A DNA stretch of 64,000 nucleotides from Octopus vulgaris. Taxonomy: Eukaryota. The translations under genes and the position numbers were made by a program. The stretch's first letter is position 1. The number at the start of each line of letters is the position of its first letter. Positions 18,410-31,997 of this stretch are shown here, one piece after another. The notes beneath the pieces are model-generated. The model had not been told where the DNA came from. It saw only the letters and a list, made by a program, of their open reading frames with translations, and searched no databases. Location of the stretch: assembly GCA_951406725.2 (NCBI GenBank), contig OX597832.1, positions 69,874,001 to 69,938,000 of the forward strand. Reading direction: 5' to 3'.

Positions 18410-18585
18410 CCCGATGCTGGTGTGTTTATGTCCCCGTCACTTAGCGGTTCGGCAAAAGAGACCGATAGAATAAGTACTGGGCTTACAAAGAATAAGTCCC
18501 GGGGTCGATTTGATCGACTAAAGGCGGTGCTACAGCATGGCCGCAGTCAAATGACTGAAACAAGTAAAAGAGTAAAGAGTAAAGA
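18410..18585 (+). mobile_element. 3' part of a SINE
   Basis: GTCCCCGTCACTTAGCGGTTCGGCAAAAGAGACCGATAGAATAAGTAC...GGGGTCGATTTG...TGACTGAAACAAGTAAAAGA with a short-repeat tail. Shares the AATAAGTAC/GGGGTCGAT motifs with the other SINEs. Confidence 0.7.
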
Positions 18586-18933
18586 GTATATATATTTATA
18601 CAGAGAGTGAGAGTTATGATGTAGAATGAAAGCTGTAGACACGCTAATATGTACATATATATAATGTGTGGGTGAGCATGTGCGTGTTTCAAGTGAGGGT
18701 GGATGAGTATATACGTACAGGCGTATATACATATAGGCGTGGTTGCGCGGGCACGTATGTGTAGGTATGGACGTGTGCGCTTACACGATTATTATGAACA
18801 TTTTTACTCCCTTACCTTTACTCCCTCCCCTCACTTAGCGGTCATTCTAATAGCTCTTTTGTCTTAGTAACGGTCAATCACACAGTAATTTCCGTTTGTT
18901 TAACGGTCATTTTCATTGCATTTTTTTCAATGG

Positions 18934-19000
18934 CACGATAACTGAAGAGATGACGGCGTGGGTTTCCGCCCCGACATCCGAAGCTCGGAGTTTTATCATG
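18934..19000 (+). ncRNA. Degenerate type I hammerhead ribozyme in a pLTR-like remnant ending at (TA)n near 19100
   Basis: CACGATAA-CTGAAGA-GATG...CATC(C)-GAAG-CTCGGAG-TT-TTATCATG. Stems I, II and III are present, but GAAA is mutated to GAAG. Confidence 0.6.
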
Positions 19001-19096
19001 ACTAACGAATAATTGTCACATTATATTTATAGATAAATACCTCTATTTACATAACATCGAGGTCTCTTTCATTTTTTTGCTGTCTTGCCATTTCTA

Positions 19097-19139
<43 letters not shown>

Positions 19140-19837
19140 GTTTACATGTGTAAGTGTCTGTGTGCGTGCGCGCGTGCGTAGGTGTTTTGTGAAGTGAGCT
19201 TATACAGAAATCTATGCAAAATACAAATATATGAGCACCGTGTCAGATGTCTTGAGCACTACTATTCGAAGCAGCCAAGAAGTTTTATAGGATTTATCTG
19301 GAAATTTCTTGCATCAGTTAAAGTTTTCCAAAAAAATGATATGAAATATTTTCCCTTCTTTCTCCTTTATTTATCCAACAATATGTTTCCTGATATTAAA
19401 TGTCTACAATATTACATCAAATTTCACTCGAATTACTAATTTCTTTGATAATACTTCAATAGAAAAATTATTTTTCTTCTTTATTGCTAAGGCCCCACCA
19501 CCATCACCTTCAACACACACTAAAAAGAAAAAAAATGGACTGGAATTGATAAAAAAATGAAGCAACAAATTCCTAAATCAATCGAGCGATCGATAAAAAT
19601 ATAATTGAATAAGATTTCCTCAAAAATGTGTGATGCTATATATAAAACCTTGGCGGATATATATATATATATGTATGTATATATATATATATATGGAGAG
19701 AGATAGATATAGTTGTACATGTAATATATATATACATATTTACGTGTGTGTGTGTGTGTGTTTCTGTATATGTATATTAATATTAATCCTATTTCATATA
19801 TTCAAATAGACCGATGAGTGTCACTGAATGTCGGTGT

Positions 19838-19920
<83 letters not shown>

Positions 19921-20814
19921 TGTGTGTGTATGTGTTCATGACATGAAATTTTCTTTAAAAAGAAACTTCAAAATGTGTAGCTTTGTTATTCACGATTTAG
20001 TGATTTGTTAGAAGCAAAGCAAATACTTCAACAGAGCGGCGTTTGATTTGGTTGAATAGTGTAACATTATTGTGCAAGTCTGTTCGAGTTTCGCTCACTA
20101 AGTGTTCGAAATATTTGAACGAAAAATTCAGTTTTATCGTGACAAAGTATAAAACTTGAGATACAGGTTAAACGTAAATTTGTGGTTAGTCTCATGCTTG
20201 TAACAAGAAAAATACGGCGGTTGACTTGCGTTAACCATTTAGAATCTTTTAATAAATATTTCTGTGTTTGCCGTTTACAAGATGTTAAACTCAGAAGAAT
20301 TCCTATGAAACAATAGATAATTATTTTCATCGAAGTATCACAACCGTCGTCAATCCAAATGTATATTTGGAATATCTTAGCATCGTATCTTCTAGCATAG
20401 TGCCTATGTGGATTAAATAGTAGATATATTTCGAAAAATTAGTTTCTGTAGGTGTTTCAGGAATAATGCACGAGATTGATGGTAGAATCACTATTTAAAT
20501 GGATTCTCAGAAAGTGCAAATAAGATGTAGAGTTGTTATGTGTAAATATGTACTATGTATAAGTAACTATTGATTTCTAATTATAATTTATTAGAAAATG
20601 ATTAGACATCATAATTCATTAAATGTAAAATTTTATAAACCTACTCAAGAACGGTAAATGCCGAATTACGGTGTTTAAAAAATATATTTTTACTTTAATG
20701 ATTATTTCGGTAGTAAATGTTATAGTTAAAAATTAACTTGAAATATTATAAAATGGAAAGTACAATTTAATTTTACATGGTTTCTAAAGAATTATTACCA
20801 TTATTAATATTATC

Positions 20815-21635
20815 ATCTTCTTTCAGTTCTGTTTCCATTTCTTGCGAGTGTCTTCCTAACATCTAGGGCAGAGAATCTCACTCTATACATTGGTAGGCCA
20901 TTAAAATAAACACACCAGATTGATCGTCTGCAAAGTCATGTGACAAAGAACAGGGACAAGAAAGACAGAAAGAGAAAGAAAAGAAAGGAAAATGAAAAAA
21001 AAATAGTAAATTAATAAAATAAAGGGGAAAAAAGGGAAGAAAATTCACCGTGACAATATTCTTCCCCGTACGTGTGACGTACCAGTTATGACAATCTTTA
21101 CACTTCCTGCATGGATGGTAAGCCAGGCATAATTCTTAAATAATTTTCAGTTGTTTTTTAACCATTCCAGTTGCTCCTGCAATCACTGTTATAATAGCCA
21201 TCTAGAGATGCCATAGTTTTTCGATTTCAATCAATAAATCTTTATCTTTTCTGAGTTTATGAACTTCTTTTGCCGAGATATTATGGTCACAGGGTACGCT
21301 CATGTCAATCAATAAGCATTTATTGTTTTGGTCTTTCTCAACAATATCTGGTTTATTAGCTTTGATTGTCTAATATGTACACACTGGGAAGTCCCAAACA
21401 ATAGTTAAATTTTCTCCTTCAGTTACAGCCTCAGGGTGGTGCTTGTACTATTTGTCAGCAGTTTTGATTTTATAGTGCTGACACATTATCCAGTGTAGAT
21501 ATTAGCTAACCCTGTCATGTCTTGATTTGTTCTCTACAAATTATAAAAGCTTACATCCAGAGATTAAAAGGTCCGCTATTTCAATCCCATAGTTGCAGTA
21601 TCGGCAATTTGGGCCTCCATTTTTCATCACATTGG
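20815..21635 (-). mobile_element. Decayed R4/Dong-like LINE 3' fragment (CCHC, RLE, 3' UTR) of a different subfamily from the 14.7 kb copy
   Basis: Manual minus-strand translation: GPNCRYCN..LLISGCKL..SRHDR..IVWDFPV..IKANKPDIVEKD..CLLIDMSVP..LLIEI, with stops. Confidence 0.75.
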
Positions 21636-21639
21636 CTTA

Positions 21640-21815
21640 ACACTTCCGGGTCGGTAAGCTCATCGCTACGTTCCGAGTTCTAATTCAACCGAGGTCGACT
21701 TTGCCTTTCATCCTTTCGGAGTTGATAAATTAAAGACCAGTGAAACACTGGAGTCGATGTTATCGACTAGTCCTCTTCCCCAAAATTTCAGGTCTTGTGC
21801 CCTATAGTAAAAAGG
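21640..21815 (+). mobile_element. tRNA-derived SINE (Nin-like domain) followed by (ATT)n(AGT)n
   Basis: GAGTTCTAATTC..GAGGTCGACTTTGCCTTTCATCCTTTCGGAGTTGATAAA, homologous to 9647-9845. Confidence 0.8.
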
Positions 21816-21928
<113 letters not shown>

Positions 21929-22904
21929 CAGCAGTAGTAGTAGTAGTAGATCGGCTTGTCATCCACGCCGTTCGTCCTTCCTGGGGTGACAAGACAATCA
22001 CCTTAATTCAAAGGTCGATGTAATCGACTTAACCATATATTTATATGGCTTTGGGGCAATGGCAGGAATATTTGTGATTAGCGTGGTTTGGCAGAACCAT
22101 TATGGTATCCGGCCATATCTTTTACGATATTTCTTTTCCAGCTTCTTAAGTCTTCAGTTAAATTTCTTCCGCTGTCAACATCACTGTTCATCCTTCCACG
22201 GAAGGTAAAACTTTGAATGAGTCTATATTCTGGGGTCGATTAAATAATCTTAACTTCTCCAATAAATTTCTGCTTTGTACTTGAGTGAAATCTAATTGTC
22301 ATTATTCATAATTTTTATTTTTTTGATTTTTATAATTTCGCCATCAATACCATTTATGTTTTAAGGCTTCATTTTATTAAGGTGTAGCTTTTTTGAACGG
22401 TAATGCATCAAATGAAATATTGCAGAAATTTATACTATTATTTCAGACTAAGATACTGATGGTTTTGAAGCCCTATTTATCAATTTAACTTTTCATTTTG
22501 GTTCGAAGAATATTTTTTTATACTAAGAAAGTAAATATCTATAGTTTTGCCTCAACAGTTTTTTAAAACGAAATGCCTTAAATAAATCAATTTGATATTT
22601 GTCACACCAATTAACCATTGGGTAGCCATATTATGTAATTTCGTTGTAAACCTCACTGTTTATTATCAAATTAATAAATAAAATATATAAAAATACAGTA
22701 GAGATCAGTCCCGAAAATGGTGCTGAATCTACGCAATTAGTTACAAGCAACTGATTAGAACTTTTTTCTAATTTTATTGATCTTTACTGAAGTAGAACAA
22801 TGATTGATTTGCATGCAAGATTATTTTGATATGAAAAACAATTATCAAAACACCACTTTTTTTTTCCAAAAGAAGGATTTTTCTTAAAGCAACACTTAGT
22901 TACT

Positions 22905-23223
22905 TTTATCTCTCTTTTACATCATTCGGAAGTTATCTTTCTTAAAGTCTTGCACTCATTCCCTCTAACCTCTAAATTACAGGGATGTAAACAAGCAAAT
23001 ACCGGTTGTCAAGCGGTGTGATGTGCAACAAACGAAAGCAACATGAAACACAGAAGCACATGGCTAAACGCGGCAGGCTTCTACACCGTTTCGATATATT
23101 TCACAATGCATTAAGTGGCCAGGGGCAATTGTGACAAACACTTGCGAAAGTTCTATCCAGTGAAACTGAAGGTGAAACCACTGGCTGCGAAGCGAACTTC
23201 TTAACCAAATAACTATGCCTGCG
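22905..23223 (-). mobile_element. Diverged tRNA-derived SINE (second family)
   Basis: Reverse-complement head GCAGGCATAGTTATTTGGTTAAGAAGTTCGCTTC. Similar heads at 54215-54345 and 62030-62126. Confidence 0.55.
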
Positions 23224-24141
23224 ATAACACCACACTTGGCGTCCTGTCTGAAGTTTCTAAGAAATTCAATTGTAATTAAATTACAATAATCAATGATGGC
23301 TAAAATTTGTAGATTTATTCTAAATTATAATGCATAATACAAAACCTAATTTTCGCGGATGTGTAGAAAGTACTTTACAAAGTCAAAGATAATATCTAAA
23401 AGAGATTTGTTCTACTGTTTATAAAAGTATCCGTTTTAAAGTTATAGAAGTTTTGCACCACACTGATTTAAATGCTTCATCCTACAACAAAATACTGTTT
23501 TTAGTTATTAAAAAATTATAACTAATGGAGTCGGGATGAAGCTGCAAAGATATACAACTTAAAAGCAGTGTGCTGCCGCTTAAACATGGATAAGGACTGG
23601 AATATTTTCCTAGCAGATGTTATGGAGTTACACTCTAGAAATTCTTTCCTTGATTAGCCTACTCCATATATTTTTTTCATTACCATTCTTCAAATATTCG
23701 TGTTACGTTCGAAATTATTATCTGGGTGTTCTTATGTTTTTCGTCTTCTTTCTTATGTTTGTGTATGTGTATGTGTGTGTGTGTGGGTGGTGGGGAGTAA
23801 GTATTATGTTTATTATTATCATTTTATTTTTATTTTTTGCATTCAATCTTTTATCAAACTATCCTTTCATTGAGGACTAGAGGAATTGCCGTGTTTCCGA
23901 AATGCAATTTGGGGGAATAAATGAATAAATAAATAAATGAATAAATAAATAAAATAAATAAATAAAAACAACATAAAGGGGGAAAACAAGAGGACAATAA
24001 AATGTATCAAGAGATATTGAAAAGCGTCATGTGCCTGAAAAAGGCGGGAGTAGAAAAGATGAAAGAAGAAACATGAAAGGTGAATATACATGAACACACA
24101 CACACGCGCGCGTACACGCACACACACATACATAAGCATGT

Positions 24142-24199
<58 letters not shown>

Positions 24200-24367
24200 G
24201 TGTGTGTCTGTGTGTACGTTAGCGTGTGTGCTTGTGTGCGTGTTTATATGTGTATCAAAAGAAGGATGAAAGCGGTAACATCAAAGGTAAATATGGCGGA
24301 CAAATCTTCAACCCAAACGAAGGAAACAATATACATGACCGACATGCGATAAACCCAGAATTACCCA

Positions 24368-24437
<70 letters not shown>

Positions 24438-25873
24438 TGTGTGTGTATGTGTCCCTCTCTCTCTCACACACACACACACACATACACAAAGAAGACAAAA
24501 AAAAGGCTGGCAGTGCGGTTGGTTTTGGCGATGGTGGAATTGGAGAATGAAGGTTGGCATGCCTGATGCTAATTTGGGTAAATTTTGTTATTCTTAGTCA
24601 CATAAGTAAAAGGGAACTTTATCAAAGAGTTATTGAGATATCAGGAATTGGTACAGGTTAAGAGAAATCTGGAACTATTTTGATTAAGTTAAAGAAAAAA
24701 TATGGAAACAAAATGAAAAAAACCCAGTTATATATTTATATATATATATATATATATATACAAATATAAATATGTATATACAAATGTATGTATGTATCTG
24801 TATGTTTGTACGTACGTATGTATGTAGTTATGTATGTATGTATGCATGCATGTATGTATGTATGCATGCTTATGCATGTATACAAATGAGGGGAAGATTA
24901 CTGTTTATGTGTATAGAACCTGTTTACTGGTCGATCAAACTGCCCTAACAATAGATAAGACACGTGATAAAGAAAGAAAAAATATTAAAGTATATTGAAC
25001 TTATTTTAGCCTTCTTTAAGGACGGTGATGTAGAAGAAACGTGGTAATACAAACCTACATATATGCATGCATACGTTCGTGAATGCATACATAAATACAT
25101 ACATAGTCATCAGAGTAAACAAACGTACATACATACAAGCATACATATATATACATACAAAAATGCTTGTATGTATATAAATATACATGTAAATTATATC
25201 GCACAAGATCCTGGTACCAACTGTAACTATTCAGAGAAGTATAATATTGTCAGGAGATATCTGACAGGGATTATATACATAACAACACAAGGAATATTGG
25301 AGTAACATTCCATGGGCAATAATAACCAACCTTGATATAGTTATTTTGTTGGAGAAAAATGAAGGATAATCCTAAAAGCATGATTGCCCCAACATTTGAA
25401 CTACTCTTCCAAAATCATCAAGAAAAAGAATATTTATGGACTCGGGACTTGAAACACCCGTACACTGAATATGATCATAGACTTATACCAGCAATTATCG
25501 ATGCCCTGTATTATGTTTGCCAATATCTAAGTAACACTCTGGAAAGAGTGAGGCTTTTCAAGCAAAAAGACCGGACAATTGATGTATTCTCTAATTGGCT
25601 GAGCAAAAATGTGCAAGACTTACTTAAATATCGACGTATGGCATTATCGGTGCTGTTGGTCAAATTCCTTTGAATATGTCATCGGTTTCTTTGTTTCAAT
25701 TCACCGCCATCTTCAAAATAGGAATACAACTAAAGAATTAAACGCCTAGATGCATGCATGCATACATAAAAACACACACACATGCATATGTATCAAACTG
25801 TTTTGATCCACACATCTAACTCCCAATAAATTGGTTGAGTGCCTTTCTTTCGTTTGTCCACTCACTTGTGTAT

Positions 25874-25977
<104 letters not shown>

Positions 25978-26005
25978 CCATCTATCTATCTCTCTCTCTC
26001 TCTCT

Positions 26006-26036
<31 letters not shown>

Positions 26037-26039
<3 letters not shown>

Positions 26040-26918
26040 TCAACAATATTAAGGAATGGCCTTGATAGGCCATTCGACCCACTAGAAAGAGCAGCTAAAC
26101 TCAAACCGTTAAATAGTTGTAATTCAGAAACCAAAGGAAAATAAAAACATTTACCCCTATCATCTTTGGACTATGCATAGTTTCGACATACATATTGGCA
26201 AACCGATTTAATTAAGTTAAATTAAATCTATTTGCCACTGGCCTGTCTCGTATTTTCCTTTGGTTTCTGAATTACAACTAGTTAGCGGTTTGAGTTTAGC
26301 TGCTCTTTCGAGTGGGTCGAATGGCCTATCAAGGCCATTCCTTAATATTGTTGAATGTATATTATATAGTCTGTTGACTATTTTTTCTTTCTCACTGGAC
26401 CGCTGGTGGCGAAAAATTTCTCTTGAATTTTTTGCTACCCTGATATTGATTAATTAATGATTTTTTGGCTAATTCTGAAATTAAATCAGCAGATTGTATT
26501 TGCTGCTAATAAGTTGGCGCGGTGACGGTAGATTTTGAAAATTTAGAATATATATTCTCAAGGCGTCGATGCTGTCGCCTCGTTGATATATATTTCCCTG
26601 GCTTCTTTGCTGACGAGACAGGCCAGTGGCAAATAGATTTAATTTAATTTAATTAAATCGGTTTGCAAATATGTATGTCGAAACTATGCATAGTCCAAAG
26701 ATGATAAGGGTAAATGTTTTTATTTTCCTTTGGTTTCTGAATTACAACTATTTAGCGGTTTGAGTTTAGTTGCTCTTTCTAGTGGGGCGAATGGCCTATC
26801 AAGGCCATTCCCTAAAGTTTTTGAATGAATATTATATAGTCTGTTGACTATTTTTTCTTTCTCACTGGACCGCTGGTGGCGAAAAATTTCTCTTGAATTT
26901 TTTGCTACCCTGATATTG

Positions 26919-26923
<5 letters not shown>
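26037..26923 (+). mobile_element. HHR-bearing non-coding mini-element: inverted 5' copy plus ~1.4 tandem units of a ~470 nt monomer, in (TA)n
   Basis: 26037-26250 is the reverse complement of 26614-26828. 26251-26450 is directly repeated at 26721-26920 (period 470). HHR at 26604-26701. Confidence 0.85.
26604..26701 (+). ncRNA. Type I hammerhead ribozyme with extended stem II
   Basis: TCTTTG-CTGACGA-GACA..(insert with a GCAAA..TTTGC hairpin)..TGTC-GAAA-CTATGCATAG-TC-CAAAGA. GUC site, palindromic stem III, stem I extendable (CCCT/AGGG). Confidence 0.85.
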
Positions 26924-26962
<39 letters not shown>

Positions 26963-27049
26963 AAGGGTGGAAAGGAACACACGAGTTGATATATATGAAA
27001 AAACAAGTCAAAAATAGAAAATGCTAAGATGATTTTATAGTGAATCTTT

Positions 27050-27087
27050 CAGTACCGGTTTCGGTCATTTTGAGACCTTTTCAACTG
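27050..27087 (-). ncRNA. Minimal type I hammerhead ribozyme, U3-A8 core variant
   Basis: Reverse complement CAG-TTGAAAA-GGTC(TCAAAAT)GACC-GAAA-CCGG-TA-CTG. Confidence 0.75.
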
Positions 27088-27371
27088 TAACGATTAAATA
27101 ATTAAATTTTGAAAAATTTAGAAAAATTAGAAGAAAGGTTTTTTTAAAGGAATACTTCCATAGTAGTGTTCAGATATATGTGGCATTCTGCCTTTCTCTG
27201 ACTCCCTTGTTTGCACTTGTGTATTCGACCTCGAATACACAAGTGCAAACAAGGGAGTCAGAGAAAGGCAGAATGCCACATATATCTGAACACTACTATG
27301 GAAGTATTCCTTTAAAAAAACCTTTCTTCTAATTTTTCTAAATTTTTCAAAATTTAATTATTTAATCGTTA

Positions 27372-27409
27372 CAGTTGAAAAGGTCTCAAAATGATCGAAA
27401 CCGGTACTG
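27372..27409 (+). ncRNA. Minimal type I hammerhead ribozyme, U3-A8 variant (second arm)
   Basis: cag ttgaaaa ggtc tcaaaat gatc gaaa ccgg ta ctg, with one G-U pair in stem II. Confidence 0.72.
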
Positions 27410-27455
27410 AAAGATTCACTATAAAATCATCTTAGCATTTTCTATTTTTGACTTG

Positions 27456-27506
<51 letters not shown>

Positions 27507-27777
27507 GTCACCGAAAAGTAGGTTTACGGGAATTCGACTATCTTTTTCGCGTTCATATATTAACAGTTTCAATCACAATTATATAAGAAATATGAAATCA
27601 ATATTCTATGTGAATTTAATTAATTTTGTCAAGCACCCTTTTCAGTTTGTAAGATAGAAATTTAAATTTAATAAAATGTTTTAAAAGAAATTTTAAATGC
27701 CTACAATGATATCTGTGGGCCTCTTGTATATATACATTTATATATATATATATACTCATACACACACATATATATAC

Positions 27778-27855
<78 letters not shown>

Positions 27856-28638
27856 CACTTCCTAATTTCAGCGGAGGCAATGCGAGCAGGAACTAAAGAA
27901 ACATTACTAAGATCCACAAATAAAGATTAAATACATACATATATTTATACATACATAATTTCTGTTAGTAAATGATTTTCTCTTACGCGAACACCCAACA
28001 ACTTTAATTTCGAAGTATTTGAAAAATTACTTGGAAATTTTAAAGAGAAACGAATGGCAGAATCGGACAGTCCGTATTTTAAAACCGAAAGTTAAAAAGA
28101 ATAAAAAAATAAAAATATGTCGTTGTTTCTCGTATGCCGGGCTTTCCGGTGCTGGTCTGATATGCTTGACGTCTGCTATTTCAGTTGAGTTCTACGCATG
28201 CGAGAAACATCAGATGAAAGTGGAACATTGTGTCCCCAATCAATATCACATTCTGAGCACATTGTTCTATTTGACGTTCTACAGTCCTGATTTTCAAATA
28301 GGACAAAACATGTTCTCAGAGCTCGGAGATTGCTTGGGGACACAGTGCACGTCATAAAATCTGTGTAGCTATGCATCCTAATGGCAAGGAATAATAGTAT
28401 TAGTTCTTGTCTTAATATAGTTTTACAGCGTATATTAAATGGTATTGTGTATATATATATATATATATATATACAATGTACTGTTCCTCTCTCATTCAAT
28501 TTTTAGCTCATTATGCTATGTAGTTTGTGCTCGATGACTGTGCAGAGATGTTACACGCTGTAATTCGTTATTTGGATTGTTCTCCCCACCAGAAACTATT
28601 AGTAGCACATAAAACATGTATTGTGTCTATCAAATAAT

Positions 28639-29292
28639 ATCATCATCATCATCATCATCATCATCATCGTTTAACGTCCGCTTTTCTTGCTAGTATGGGT
28701 TGAACGATTTGAACCAGATGGCTGCACCAGGCTCCAATCTGATCTGTCAGGGTTTCTACAGCTAGATACCATTCCTAACGCCAACCACTCCGAGAGTATA
28801 GTGGATGCTTTTACGTGCCACCGGCACGAGGGCCAGTCAAGCGGTACTAGCTGCGGCCACTCTCAAATGGTGCTTTTTATGTGCCACCTGCACAGGAGCC
28901 AGTCCAGCGGTAATGGCAACGACCTCGCTCAAATGTTTTTTTTTCCCGTGGCACCAGCACAAGTGCCAGTAAGGCTACGCATGTAACGATCACGCTCGAA
29001 TGGTGCTTTTTACGTGCCACCGGCAGGGAAGCCAGTTTGTTGCTCTGGCAGCGATCACGCTCGGAAGGTGCTCTTAGGGCTCCACTTACTAGCACGGGTG
29101 CCAGTCATCGAATTTGATTTCGAACTCGATTTCACTTGCCTCAACAGTTCTTTGCAAGCAGAGTTTAGTGTCCAATGACGAAAAGGTACGCATAAGTGAA
29201 CTGGTTACACCCCAGGTATAGGCCATGAGGTTATGGTCTCACTTGGCTTGCTTAGTCTTCTCAAGCACAGCATATTTCCAAAGGTCCCGGCC
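28639..29292 (-). mobile_element. RTE-clade LINE 3' end with a (GAT)n tail and internal tandem repeats
   Basis: Minus strand encodes ..RDLWKYAVLEKTKQAK*, an RTE-like C-terminus. The UTR carries 3-4 copies of TTTTACGTGCCACCGGCAC, and the (CAT)n tail is on the + strand. Confidence 0.7.
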
Positions 29293-30833
29293 AAGAAGAG
29301 GAAAATCCAAGGATCAAGGTGTAGTACGACAGTAAGCGTCTAGGAGTCCGAAGAAGGTGTAAAAAAAAACTTTCAAGGACTATAGTGATTTATTGCGTAG
29401 AAGGCTGTAAATCCCGTATCGAAGTTCGATAAACTGAAAAAAACTGTTTCATAGCTTACGGTTAGCAGCAAAGGTTGCTGTACATGCGAGTAGAAATCTC
29501 CAAATTACGGAATGGAGTAAATACAATCAAGGCTACATACGTTTCGTGGCTAGCAGAAGCTCGAAAGTTGTAAGCTACCTACTCGACGAGTAATTAGTGG
29601 ATATCCTTGGCCCGACGAGTAGCAAGTGGATTATTCCTCCTTTGGATAAGTACCACTTCCAAAGTTCTGCTAGCTACTCCATTCCTTAAATTATATGTGC
29701 ACGCGTGTGTTTGTGTGTGATATTTGTATTGTGTCTGTGTGTCAGATACAATTTATATATAATAGCGATAAGTAATCACTTACATCTGAACTACAAAGTA
29801 TCCTTTATACAAGAAAAAATTTAAATCTGAGAAAACCTGTTATATTCTACCTTGAGAAAAACTAACACCAAGAGTTCAGCGGTAGAATAACACTGTTAAC
29901 GGTGCAAAACAAACTTGTAGGAAACGTCAAACATCTATATTTCTTCAGTATAAAATCTGTTTCAACGTTTGTATGTTGTGTACTTAACCTCCAAAATATA
30001 CATCCCTCAAATAACAGAGCCCATTAAGTTAAAAAGTTATATAATCTCTAATCTGAAAACATTTAGACAGATTTGTTAGTTCCCTAATTCCTTTTACTCC
30101 CCCTAAGCTAGCTCCGTCAGAATTGAAGTGTATTTTAACATGTCGCCGACAATCATACTGTTTATACATACCAGCTGTATTTTTATTGATTTTTATGTAA
30201 CCAGACGTTATTATATATCCAATTTATGTATGTTATATACTTTCGCCGCATTCTCTCCATCAAAGATGTATATTTTCCAATGTTTATGAACATGTGTTAT
30301 CTAACGACTACGGAATTATTTTAACATCACGCTTGGGAAGAAATCTGTACATTTCTTGTTGGTATGTGTGCAACAAATACTAAAATAAAACAACTCATAT
30401 TTATGATTTCTTACTGCTGTTGCTCCAGCTACGAATTCCTTAATTTTCTACATATGTCACAAATAAATATCAATTGCAATCTGCAATCCAAACAGCGGCA
30501 TTTAGTTTTAAAAGCCATTAGTCAATTCATTATATTACTCTGGACTTAATAAATTCGAGTTATGTGTACTTGAACGAGTTTACGTGTTCATACTATTTTT
30601 TGTGATACAAACTGTCAATATGGATGCTGAAGAGATTTTTCATAATTTTTCGTCAACGAATTTCTCCTCCGAACACTGTAATCCATTAGCAAGTCTCATA
30701 TAAATGATTTTAAAAGTGATAAACAAACAAAGTAACGTGGGCGCCAGTTTCCTTAAAAGCAATTCAATTACATTGTTTATTATATTCGCTCGGCGGTTGA
30801 AAGAGTCTGCAAACCCTATCAAGTACACACGCA

Positions 30834-30917
<84 letters not shown>

Positions 30918-31716
30918 CTCTCTCTCTCTCTCACACACAAACATGTAAATATATACATATAGATACACATACATAAATATTTATATGCGCATTTATATAT
31001 ATGTATGTATATATATATATTTATATATACGCATACGTAAATACACACACACACACACATATACCCATGTATATATGTTACATTTTGTATCTGTGCACCG
31101 TGTATATGTGTATGTGTGTAAGCCGTGTGTATGTATGTGACTGTGTCCACTTTGTGTGTGTGCGTGTCTGTGTCTATGTGTGTGGGTGTGTGTCTGTGTG
31201 CGCTGTAGTCAACGGGTGCTGGCCTATGTGTGTTTTATGTATGATGAAGTAATGGACGTTTGTTTACGAAGACATTACAAACTTGTTGCTTTGACGTATT
31301 AGGTTTAATGACAGATAAAAACCACCACATGTCTTCATCGCTAAACCTACTCCAGTCCTCTCTGCACTCTATAGTTTTCCCTGTATCCATTGCTCTCCAC
31401 TCCCCACCCTACCAATGTGTCTTTCTCTTTCTCTCTCTCTTTCTCTGTCTCTATCTCTCTCTCAGTATCTTTCTATCACTATCTCATTTCCACACCAGAA
31501 ATCTCCATGTTGACTTCTCTCTCTCTCTCCCTCTCACTCTCTCACTCACTCTCTGTCACTCACTCACTCTCTTTCTTTCTCTCCCTCCCTCTCTCTCTCT
31601 TCATCCCCTCTCTTTATCATTTTGCGATAATTTATTCTGTCTCTCTTTAGAATCTGTCTCTGAATGTGCGCGTGTGTGTGTGTGTATGTGTTTATGATTA
31701 TCTCCGTCCCCCATTA

Positions 31717-31778
<62 letters not shown>

Positions 31779-31958
31779 GTCTCACTTTCTCTCTCTTTAA
31801 TATTGTGCAGTTTCTTCTTTGTCTTTTACATATCTTCAGTCTCTCACTGTACATACATTTACTGATAAACAACTCTATATAAATACACGCGTCTTTACAT
31901 ATGTGTGTGTGGGTGTGTGTGTAAGTATGTATATATATATATATATGTATATATACAT

Positions 31959-31997
<39 letters not shown>

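Larger units (their letters stand above)
26960..27461 (-). mobile_element. pLTR-only palindromic PLE-type insertion with a 3' tail, in (TA)n
   Basis: Near-perfect palindrome 26998-27461 (231 bp arms, 2 nt spacer at 27229-27230), unique tail at 26960-26997, one HHR in each arm. Confidence 0.85.

Noticed and set aside
25359-25673. 104 aa ORF
   Set aside because: No recognisable motif or splice context.
28800-29100. Repeated TTTTACGTGCCACCGGCAC units resembling a CRISPR array
   Set aside because: The context is eukaryotic, the spacers are mutually similar, and the units lie within an RTE 3' UTR.
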